DNA of 64,000 bases, taken from Tubulanus polymorphus. Taxonomy: Eukaryota > Animalia > Nemertea. Location of the stretch: NCBI RefSeq assembly GCF_964204645.1, contig NC_134036.1, forward strand, positions 1,736,001-1,800,000, in the 5' to 3' direction. Below, piece by piece: positions 25,701 through 37,700 of this stretch (positions within the stretch are counted from its first letter, which is position 1; each line of letters begins with the position of its first letter). The notes under the pieces were generated by a model that was given only the letters and a program-made list of their open reading frames with translations, was not told the origin of the DNA and made no database searches. A program made the translations under genes and the position numbers.

Positions 25701-28700
25701 CTCGTGGTGGTAGATTTCATTCCTTTTTTGTTGAACGTTTTTTCAAACAACAAATCTTAATGGGTTCGAGAATAGAACACTGATCTGTAACGGAGTCATT
25801 CTTACTAAAAGAAAGGTTACCCATTCCGACGCTTTCCATTAAATCGAGTCACGGGAACTCAAGCAACTCGTGGCGAATTTCATCTTTTTTAAGAACGTTT
25901 TTAAGACCGTTTTTTGAAAAATAAATCCTAACCAAGTCGAACATGGAACGAATGTCGATAACAAAAGGTAACCCTCCCCTTCCATGGGTTTATCTGAACT
26001 CGAGAGCAAGAGCATCAACCTATCCTTCACAATTCGATTTCCGATCACTGAGAATAAACTCGGTGTATAAATATCGAAGATTCTTCTCGCTCCAATGGAA
26101 AATAATGGGATTTTATATTCGATGACGTCGTCGCTATTGGCGACACACGAAAGGAGAGGCTCGTTTATCTAATACACACGACCACACCCAAAAATATACC
26201 GTTAACTAGATTCAGCATTAGATACTCAGCACGTGTATATAATAATTTTCCAGTATAGAATTACGTAATTCAGGAGTTCATCAATATCAACTGAATAAAC
26301 GTGTAAAAGTTTGTATTGATTTTTAATTTAAATTCTAATTTAACTAAATATCTTTTATGAAACCGTATTAATAATCATTTTCCAGTATAAGTTAATGATT
26401 ATGGTTATGGTCAAAGGATTTATCAATTTGTATTAATTTTTTAATCAATATTAACGTTTGATATAGATGGTGATATAGGTGATATGTTATTGATGGTAAG
26501 AATTTATACCAAAAAAAAATTACTCATTTAAATAGCGATTTTTTCATCATAATTCATTACTATAAAACAGTTACTAATAATGATATTATGATATTTTAGA
26601 ATTTATTAATAAGATTGTCTATTCTGCAGATGGAATTCTTGATATATACAATATCAGTAAAAAATAAAATGATAAAATGATAATAAATCATAGGCAGATA
26701 GATAATTCTGTACGAATTTTCAATTGTATCCAAATCCACAAAAGTTGGTGTTTCTAGTAGGTTTACAACTAAGACATAACCAAGAAAAGCATAGTTTTTT
26801 CATCGATTTTCAACCAATCGATGGAAGGAGAGATGAAATTGGAAGATGAATACAGAAAGCATAGATTTTACCACGAGCAGTTTGTAGAAACCCAAGTTGA
26901 CATCGATAAGGAGCTTCAAGAGACTAACTAAGATTTGGATCTACAGAAGATTCGGCCACAGAAAGCATAGATTTTTTAAGAGCAGTTAAAATGGCTGCAG
27001 TATCTGATATTTCACACGAACATGATTATATGATATATCTAAGCGAAAGGAAGTCTATTTTTTTTAAATTTCGATTAAGATGGGACAAAATGCCTGAACT
27101 AACAACACAAATTTCTAGAAATACAATTTTCATTCCACTACAAATTAAATTTAGGATACCAGAAAAAAAAGGAAATTGGAATATGTAAATTGAGTATACA
27201 ACGTAACGTCTAGTTTTACGAAAATAATGATAGAACTGACTGCATGACAAATTTAGACATTCATAGAGGCACATACGAAACGGGACGTAACCAGTCTCAT
27301 ATAGATGCAGGGAATTACGAATAGTAGCGGGAACCAGTCCATATATACGGGAGTGTATACATTGTATGATTTGCATTCCTTACACCAGAGGGCGGGAGTT
27401 CACGGGATAATTCATTTTATTGATATGCATTCCTAACACCAGATAGCGGGATTCTAACGATGAAGATAGAGACCAGGCGGTGGCGCCCCTAACGGCTCCA
27501 CTTGACCTTGAAACAGACGTAAGTTGGATACGGCGGCCTACGGTTACTTACCGACGTGCTTTTGCCGTTTTTGCCCGTTACTTTGAGAAGTGAACCTTCG
27601 TAGCCCTGAAAAAATGTACAAAGAGGCGACGGAAACGTCGCGGTGAACGAACAACATTGATTGAAAACCAAAATCGTTGAGGGGGGTGGGGTGAGTTTGT
27701 TGTTAGAGGGAGCAATGAAGGACATGTTGCACCTCGTGGCTCTACAGTTGTGAATAGGTTAGATTTAATTACATCGACTTCGAATTCGTTGATTCAGTAG
27801 TCGGGATATCACTCAATAGAAATCAGATTTAGTTTGTTTTGATTCGAAATTCAAATTCAACCGCTACAACTGTAGAATCACGGCGGTCCCTGGTGGCGAA
27901 TTCTGATCGGTTGTTAGTCGATATGCCAGCCTGCCTGCTGCGGCAAGTGAGGGGGTGAAGTGACGACAATATATTCTCTGATTGAACGGTGGTGATGCAT
28001 TGTATGTGATCACACCCGGGGTGACGCGCACCTGACTGCAGCGACGCGCAAAAAACCAGCATGCAACGCGCGTCGCGTCGTCAGGGCATCGTGTGGCGCT
28101 AGAAAAAAACGAACAAAAAACTATAAAAAAACACATCTAGAATTGTTTTTTTTTCTGCGCGCTGGTGCCGGTTTCCGTGGTGATTGTTATGTCACGTGGT
28201 GTGCTCGTAGTGAACGCGATCGACTGTTGCCACGAGTGACGGTTGCCACGGGCGACGCTGTCTCTACTCACTGCATTGTTTTTGCCTGTTTTACCCATTA
28301 CTTTGAGCAGAGCGTTCTCGTAACCCTGAAAATAACAACATAAACAACGCCCCCTGCTGGTCAGTTCAACTGTCTTTTAAGAAACCATGCCTACTACTGA
28401 ATATAAACAGCTGGTAACGCCCCCTAGTGCAACCAAAATAACGATCTTTTAAACGAGGGTACCCTTTGGTTAACCGATGTTTTAGCACGCAAGGTTAGCA
28501 TATTTTGCGAGATAGAGTCGTGTAATTCTTTAGGCAAACTGACCATTAAACATAAAGAAGCGCCCCCTGGTGACTGCCCTTGCGGTAATCGGTAAACACT
28601 AATCTCATATCAGATAATGATACGCCCCCTGGCGGCGAGTAATTAATTACTATCTATGGTTTAGAGGGGAACGACATAATAAAACTAGGTCGACCAATGC

Positions 28701-31700
28701 GCCCCCTGGTGACAATGACTAATTAAATTATCCCGCTACAATACTTTTCGTGTCCCGAATGGAGAAATGGAAACTGCTAGAAATCGAGGGGGGTCGGGGA
28801 TAATTAGAGCTTTCACTAATGAGAGAGGACAAACGTACTTATTATCAATACACAATCAGTCTACATATACTGCCCGTATTGATATACCTGATACCGACAG
28901 GTAACCATAGTAACGACTGCGTCGGCGCGCAATGGGGACTAGTTACAAATTTATTAGTTATGTAAATACGTAATTCGAGTATAAGCCAATCAGATCGACT
29001 GGTTTATCGGGTGTGATCAAACTGCTAGTGTTTGTCACGTCGATAAGACCATCTGGGTTAATGAAGGTATCAACACTTTCTTTTTGTTTTCGATGGAAAA
29101 ATGTGTTTATTTTCACATCCATTTTCCTCTCTGCATTTCATCAATAAGTGATCAATTTCATTCGGATATTTTCTCCAGGATAACGAAGTAATTTCTGCGC
29201 TAAGAAAGTATAATGAGTTTTAAAAGAATAAATAGATTTTACTAATCTTAATTTTGTTTGCACAAAAAATTATTGCAAATTAACATTGCGGTAGACTGTC
29301 ATCGTCTTAAATTTTATCGTTTTAATTTCCATTTATTTGCGAGGAGAGCGGGGCTGAAATAGCGTCGCACGAGTGTTGAATATTTAGAAAAACATTTCGA
29401 ATCATAGCCCCGATCTTAACCAAGTATCATCAGAAAAAAATTGTCACTTCATCTTGGGAAAATATCAACATAAATCTCTACCGACAGAAAGAATACATTT
29501 CATTTTGGGAAAGAAATGTTCGAAAACTGTTAATTTTTCAAAATATTAATTTTTACCTTATAAGCCCTGAACAGAAGGTAAAGTTCTCGTGGTTTTGCAT
29601 CCATTGGTAATCCGCTAACGAACAACGTTCGTACCTAAAAATAGACGAAATAAAAACTATATTTAGAAACAGATTTTAATCGAGCAATTAATTCCTAAAT
29701 TCAGACCGTATTAAGCTCATTATTCGGTTCTATAACCAATTTAACAACTTAAGACCAGCCTAAACTCATATTTTGTTCTATTACCAATCTAACAAGTTAA
29801 GACCAGTATAAGCTCATTTTGGTTCTATAACCAATCTAGTAACTTAAGACCAGTCTAAGCCATGTTGGTTCTAAAACCAATCTAACAAAATACAATCCCA
29901 TGGCCGGTCTTCAGTGAAAAATCATGTAACACAATCTAACGGTATAAACCTTCACGATAGTACAAGTCATTATCTTTATACCAGAGAGCATATATTCTAC
30001 TTCGGAAAATTTCATGAAAAATTCATACGAAATTGAAACTGCCTATTTCCCCCTTTCCCTCTCTTTCTCTTTCTCTCTCATCTAGTGTTGACGTGATAAT
30101 GTGGCAATGTCGTGATTTCTAAGAGCTTCTCCGACGTCGCCGGGGAGTCGTTAAATACGTTCGCAACTTTTCCGTATCGGGAATTAATTACTTCGTTGGA
30201 AATTATTTAATTAGAAATTGATGCGCGATTCATTTAAAATTTATGAATTCGTCGATTCATCTGCGCGTCGTTTAAGTAACGAAATATGGCTTTAGATCGT
30301 TATTTAATCAAACTTGCGACGTTCATAATTTCCTCGTCGAGAAAAATATCCGATCAATTCTGCCGTTCTGATTATTTTGATATTCGACGATGATTTTTCT
30401 TCGGTTCGGATTTTAGAAATTAAACACCCCGAATCGCATTAGCTAGCCCTAGCCAAGCAACTGGCCCTAAACTGCCCAAACCAACGGCTACCCCTTACGA
30501 GAACTCGTATAAAGCCAAGGCTAGTCAAAAACCCTACCATTTACTGGAAAGGGACCCCGCCTTTCGGAGACCTCAATCCCCATGGGCACTGACACCGATA
30601 TTCTAAACTGGTATTCAACTTTTAATTTACTTCACTTAAACGTTCATTATAACTCAAACCACATTGCATTGAGGATACTGATTATGATTCACGTATATAA
30701 AATATAAGATCCGTTCGATCCAAGCCATAAGGACGTGGCGCCATCTGCCAGCTACGTATTTAACTAACACTCGCCGTAAAACAAACATTCCGATACGTGC
30801 TCGGGGGGAAACGAACGACTCAGTCGCGCGGCCTAATTATATTTAATAATTCATCATATCGCTGTAGGTAACCACAACAATGGTCACGTCTTTCCGGTCG
30901 TCATAGGTAACGAGGGAGATTATCAGGTTTCCTAATAACGGGAAGTAGGCAGCGAAGAGATGTTGAGATGATGACTGATATAAAAGCAGCCAAGAGGTCG
31001 AACTAAGAATTCCGCGGCGAAGGGATCATCACGAATTCGCTGATCGTCAGATGTTACTGGAATGTACCAACTTAATAATACTAATAAATATCTTCTATAT
31101 GAAATTTTAAAAATAAAAAAAATAATCAACGTCTTGTATTGTCGTCACTTAATCGTACAATTTTCGAGTATCTTCGGTTTTCAGAAAAAGAAAATGTTCA
31201 TTTGTATTTTTTCCAACTCGCCGGTCATTTTACTAGATTTTTTAAACATCTACTTTATTCCAGACCTATTTCCAATCCGTTTCAATATATTTCGTCTGAA
31301 AATTGTAGTTCAGTTACCGAGAACTAAGAAATATTGTTTTCGGAATAACATTTGTCCAACTCGAACCGGGAATCTAACCTGAACGGCTCATTCATTATTC
31401 GTGACTAAGTAAGAACCGGATTAATTCGATTTAACCAGTCTTAACATAAACCAGGTTCAACACTGCCTTCATTACTTCGTTTTTCGAATGGCAAAATATG
31501 TCAGGTTTTCGCCGAGACTATTTTTAACTTTTTGAACAATAGCGGTGCTGGTTAACTTATACCCTACGACACTGATTCAACTGATCTCATGAGAGAGGAT
31601 GTTCCCACCAATCTAACCGTATACCCACCACCACACCCGTCCATCCAGCCGTTAAACAGCCGAGCACAATTTAAGACAATAGCTTATGCGTCATCGCTGA

Positions 31701-34700
31701 TGTAGTTGCCGAAAGCTATCGGCCCAGACTAGCGACAGTCATAATGGACTAAATCATTAAATACTTCCACATGGTCGAACACTGACCATACACACACACA
31801 CACTAAATCGACTTATAATACACTTGCATAAGCTTGTCATCAACTGTTAAGTAACACAACAAAGCCACCACACTCGCTTGCCAGGGTAGACTCGCGCTAG
31901 CGAAACAATACCATCGCCGACAACAATAGCGTCCATAGCAATTTCACCTACGATAATTACGATCCGTTTCGTCGTCATAACGACGACGGCCGCGCGCAAC
32001 AATGGTTATCATCGTCATCGTCGACGATCGAAAGAAGCAACAATGCCGGTATTGTTGGGGTATCTGCGCGGTTAATTTGACGGCATCGGTTGCTGTAATT
32101 CGTCTATTGTACGTAGATAATAATTGATACATGTGAAGAAGAGTTCGATGTGAAAATCCCCTTCTTGCTTTTGGCTACCGCATTTCCTTTTGATGAGGAA
32201 TTATTACGTTGGGATTTCGAGCCCGGCGTCGTCTTCGGTGCTGAGTGAAATTAAACCCACACAATTGTGAAACTGGGCCGCAGGAGCAATTTTCATGAAA
32301 AAGATCAACTTAAAACGGTTACGTTTGAATTGTTGAATGCTCAAAATACGAAGTACATTATTTCAGATCTTTCGTTAAACTGGACCATCAAAAAAGCAGT
32401 CAAACCTTTCAAAAAATTATTCTAAATGGGCCCAAGATCAAGACACAAGACTCTTCAAGCAAGACTCCTTTAACAAAATATCCCCGAACGGACAAAATCG
32501 AAGACGCAAGAAATAGTTTCACACACAATCTATCAGGGAGACCGTGATGTATGTCGCATTCTTGGGTCATAACTCAGCAGGTGACATACCGAAAAATAAT
32601 ACCGAGTGAATGATAAATATGTGTTTTACAATGCTAGGTATGTTTTCATACAAAATACAAGTCGTAATCAGAACCGTGGCTGCCAGACAACTGATAGTAA
32701 GGGTTACAATGTACTATCTTCTTGTTACTTTTTTTATCGATAACAACTGAAATCCCAACTGTGGTACGAATGCGGTTATTAATATCCTCATCCTGGGACC
32801 TGCGCCCCTTCAGACATTTACTTTTCTGAAATTTACACGTAGATCGTGGAGTGAGGTGAAATTGTGCTGATAAAATGTCTAACGTCTGGCGTTTGTAGTT
32901 CATTTAGAAATTATAAATGTCTCAGATGAAGCACTGAACACATGAAGTGTGGACGATCAGTTTTTGAAAGTGTGCTGATAAAATGTCTAATATCTAATAT
33001 CTAGTGTTTGTAGTTCATTTTCAATTAGAAATGTCTCGGGTGAAGCACTGAACACATGTTAAGTCACCGTGGACGATCGGTTTTGGAAGTGTGCTGATGT
33101 GAATCTCTCAAATGAAGCCATGAACAGGCGGAGTCGACGCCTGCATCAAAAGAAACGAAACCTAGACAGTTATAAGTTTCGTCGGGTCACAAAAAAACTC
33201 TAACGCCCGAACTTCAGCTAATTCTTTCTTCGAGTGCGCGGACAATTAGCCACATGCTCATTGCCTTCGCAATTATTTTGAATTAAGCGTCGACCATTCT
33301 GGAGAAATAATTCGTTTTGGGATCGTCTCGAATCACCGTGCTAATCTCATTATCCTCACTTGCCGCAGACGGCACATGCGCCTCGACGTATTCTGGTTAA
33401 TTTACTAATCATCTAAAACTCAATTTTCCGTCCTCGCTTGCCCCGGATCGGTGTCATATACAATGAGTATCTGTCTGATTTGATCTCGTGGCGAAAATAC
33501 AAAAAAGAGACAAAAAAGCCGTGTCTGTTGTTTGAACTGTAAACGGCCGCGTTCACACGGAACGATTTGGGGCCAAATATGCCCCATTATGGCACCCGTG
33601 CGAACAGTTGGCCCGTGCCAAAAATCCCTCTTGGATCGATATCAGCCTTGGCTATCTATCTTGGCTATCTGACCATCTATCCAAAATAAAACAGAATCGT
33701 GTTTCTGATATTGAACAACATGTTGTATTGTCTTTTTTGCTCTAAGCAAATTTATTTTTGTGAGCAATAAAATATATTCTATTCTATTCTATTCTATTCT
33801 ATGTGATCGTGGCTAATGTTTATCTGGAGCCTGGAACCAGCAGCCTTTCGGAAATTCATCGATTCGATGATCACATCATTATTTACGACCAAAAATGCCC
33901 ATTGGCCTTCGATAAGACAACCTCTTAGTTTGAATATTTAATGCTTCTTAGTAAATTAGGTACTAAACCCCTTGTAACGTATCTTGTAAAATATACCGAG
34001 CTGCTGAAGTTTGCAAAGCGGACGATCGGTTTTTGAAAATGTGCTGATGAAACGTATATAAGATGCTAAGAATGGCGATGAAGTATCGAATGCCCGAAGA
34101 GAACCCGTGTATCAGATATGATAACCTACAATTAGACAGATTGTAGACTGGCCGCAAAAAAGAGAAATTCTCCACAATTTCTTTCTCTCCCCTAAAAACA
34201 TATGAACCTCATCGTGATTGGTAACACAATATAGTCGAATCACGTTAATCTCCGAGGACACGATAAGACAGACAGTGGGAATGGGAGCGATAAGAAGAAC
34301 TCGGGTCTTATCACTCTATCTGACTGATAAGTAGTTATTCGTGTATGCTCGGAATTTCGGTTTTCTCCATAGGTTAACGAAGTGTGTATCGTCAGCTGTT
34401 CATCGTGTAGATTGAGAGCAGACGGCAACCTACGTAAAATACGCCTATGACGTCATATAGATTCGTTGCGGTGACACTGAGCCTTTCAGAAATTATGACT
34501 TCCGCCTTAAATTACCGTATAACATCATCAAATTGGTGTAGTGATGCTGATCCATTTGGATGAAATGGAAACTAGAAATGACGATGGGCAACCTTCGTTA
34601 ATACGCCAATGACATTGTAGAATCGTTGTGGTGACACTAGGCCTTTCAGAATTGATGGCTACCTCCAATGATTCCCCCTATGACATCATCAAATTGTAGT

Positions 34701-37700
34701 GATACCGAGCCTTTTGGATGAAATGAATACCTCCATAAATTCCCTTATGGCATCATCAAATTGTCCGGTGCCTCAATAGATATTCCTCTTTGACTTTTAG
34801 AAAGATGGCTGCCCGCATGATCCCCCTGTGACATCATCAAATTGATGCGAGATTATACAGAACGGTTTCATTTCTAAGATGGCTTCCACCAGAGATCCCA
34901 CTATGACGTCATAATAATGATGTAAAGCGATTTTTGATGGATCCACTTACGCCTAAGAACGGCTGCGATATATCCTGAATTTTGTAGGATTTATGGGACA
35001 ATAATTCGCCGTATGAACGTCATAATATCTCTGACTAGATCGGGGTACTTGATGCCATTTTATCCTCATTTAATCTATCTTAATATGATAGTAATCCCGG
35101 AGTAATATGGCAGGATTAATACGGGATTAAGCGACGTCAGCTGTGGTGTGCACCACATTTACCGAGGAGAGATGTCAAATTCACGAAACACGTATCGAAG
35201 TCGTTAAAGCTAAACTTTTGAAAATGATGGTGTATAGATTTGATGAGCATTTCAGCACTACTTCCAACCCGTGCAAGGAGATAGCCCTGGACCACTAGTT
35301 AATCATGTTTCCCCAAATTGACCCTTTGTTTATCAGTAATTTATGATGGTACCAACAATTTCAGTGACCGTAAGACCTCTTCAGTAAAAAAATAAAATAG
35401 CCCTGGACCACTTGCTATATCTGTATCCTCAAATGGACCCTTCGTTTATCAGTAATTAATGATGGCACCAACAATTTCAGTGACCGTAAGAACTCTTCAG
35501 TAAAAAAATAAAATAGCCCTTGACCACTAGCTATATCTGTTTCCTCAAATAGACCCTTCGTTTATCAGTTATTAATGACAGCACCAACAATTTCAGTGAC
35601 CGTAAGAACTCTTCAGTAAAAAAATTAAAGAACTCGTTTTGAAATTCACATAGGCTTCACATGCATTATATAAAAGTTGAGTTTTAAGCTTTTGAATGGA
35701 TTATTTCCGTTAAAATCGTCATTCAGGCAACTGGTACGAGCTTTAAAGGCTTTACTTCGCATAAGCTGAACCGATTATCTCTTAAATTAATGAATTCAAA
35801 CTCGAAAATATATTCTGAATTAATTCTTTCGCGGGCCCCCAGATTGTTGTCGGAGTCGCGACTCATTTGATATCAATTAAGGAATTGTTCATCTCTTTAA
35901 AATCCGACGTTTTAATCTACGACCGACTTTTAGCCGATGATATCGGGTCTCGTGAAGTGTGTAGGATACACGAATTAAAATTCAACCACACCGCAACCGC
36001 TGGAATTAATTTACAACCTGAATTATTCATGATATTTCACTTCTAGCATTTCGAAAGTCGCGGAAACGAATGACGCTGCATGTCTCGAGTCTGCTGGTTT
36101 TAATGCATCCGTTCTGCTGACGACTGTTTGCGAAAATCATAATATTATATATCAGCCTTGAAGTGTGTGGTGTGGACGATCAGTTATTGAAATCTGAGCT
36201 GATAAAATATTCAATGTCTGATGTCTGAAGTTCACTTTCAATTAGAAATGTCTCAGATGAAGCACTGAACACATGTGAAGTGTGGACGATCAGTTTTGAA
36301 AGTGCGCTGATAAAATGTCTAATATCTGGTGTTTGTAGTTCATTTTCAATTAGAAATGTCTCAGATGAAGCACTGAACACATGTGAAGTGTGGACGATCA
36401 GCTTTTGAAAGTTTGCTGTTAAAATGTCTAATATCTGGTGTTTGTAGTTCATTTTCAATTAGAAATGTCTCAGATGAAGCACTGAACACATGTGAAGTGT
36501 GGACGATCAGCTTTTGAAAGTTTGCTGTTAAAATGTCTAATATCTGGTGTTTGTAGTTCATTTTCAATTAGAAATGTCTCAGATGAAGCACTGAACACAT
36601 GTGAAGTGTGGACGATCAGTTTTTGAAAGTTTGCTGTTAAAATGTCTAATATCTGGTGTTTGTAGTTCATTTTCAATTAGAAATGTCTCAGATGAAGCAC
36701 TGAACACATGTGAAGTGTGGACGATCAGTTTTTGAAAGTGTGCTGATAAAATGTCTAATATCTGGTGTTTGTAGTTCATTTTCAATTAGAAATGTCTCAG
36801 ATGAAGCACTGAACACATGTGAAGTGTGGACGATCAGTTTTTGAAAGTGTGCTGATAAAATGTCTAATATCTGGTGTTTGTAGTTCATTTTCAATTAGAA
36901 ATGTCTCAGATGAAGCACTGAACACACGTGAAATTGATTCGTTGATTTTCGCGTCTTTTGATTTTGAACTCGGAAATCAGCGTAATTACGCAACATAGAT
37001 GGCGTTAATATCGCTATGTGATGATTGGACGGACAAGGGGAGTCAGACACACAGGTAGTTAAATGAGGTACTTGATGATTATGAAGAGGCCACTTAGAAC
37101 TCACGTGATGCTTCTATCTCAGCCGAGAGAGAGAGAGAGAGAGCAAGTGTTTCCGCTAAACGTGAAGTAAGACACACGAAATATCAAATAAGCCGTTATA
37201 AATCTTTTCAAACTAAACCAGTGATAATTCATGAGTTTCCCTCGAATATTGCTTTCTTCACGTTCCTCAGATTCTTTCGACCGTTCGAAAACCTTTGACC
37301 TTGAAAATACAATTGTCTAACCATATCTACAAATTGAAATCTCAATTGAAATCTACTAATTGTCGCTAAACGAAAGACTTCTGTGGATCAAAACGAGTTC
37401 TAAAAAGCATTTGACATTGAAAAATACCGTGTACATCGAATTCTAGGAACAATCGGTTTTTTTCTACGCTAAATGAAGAAACCCTTCGCAAACCGCAATG
37501 GATTTTTATCGATTTCTAAAAAGCGAACATACTATTGCCTTTAAATCCTGCACATACACGGCCATACCCTCGTTTTTATTGGCAACCGTCGTAATTATTG
37601 GCTTCTTATCACTCAAGTAACGCTCGATAATAGACTCTTAACGTGGGATTGTATCGACTTCTTAAAAGCGTTTGACTTTAGAAAACAAATAAGTCGAACT

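Noticed and set aside
36180-36894. Repeated 68-92-aa ORFs ([11 protein letters not shown]...), also at 44750 and 32646
   Set aside because: Translations of the 109-bp satellite; the period is not a multiple of 3 and there is no protein signature.
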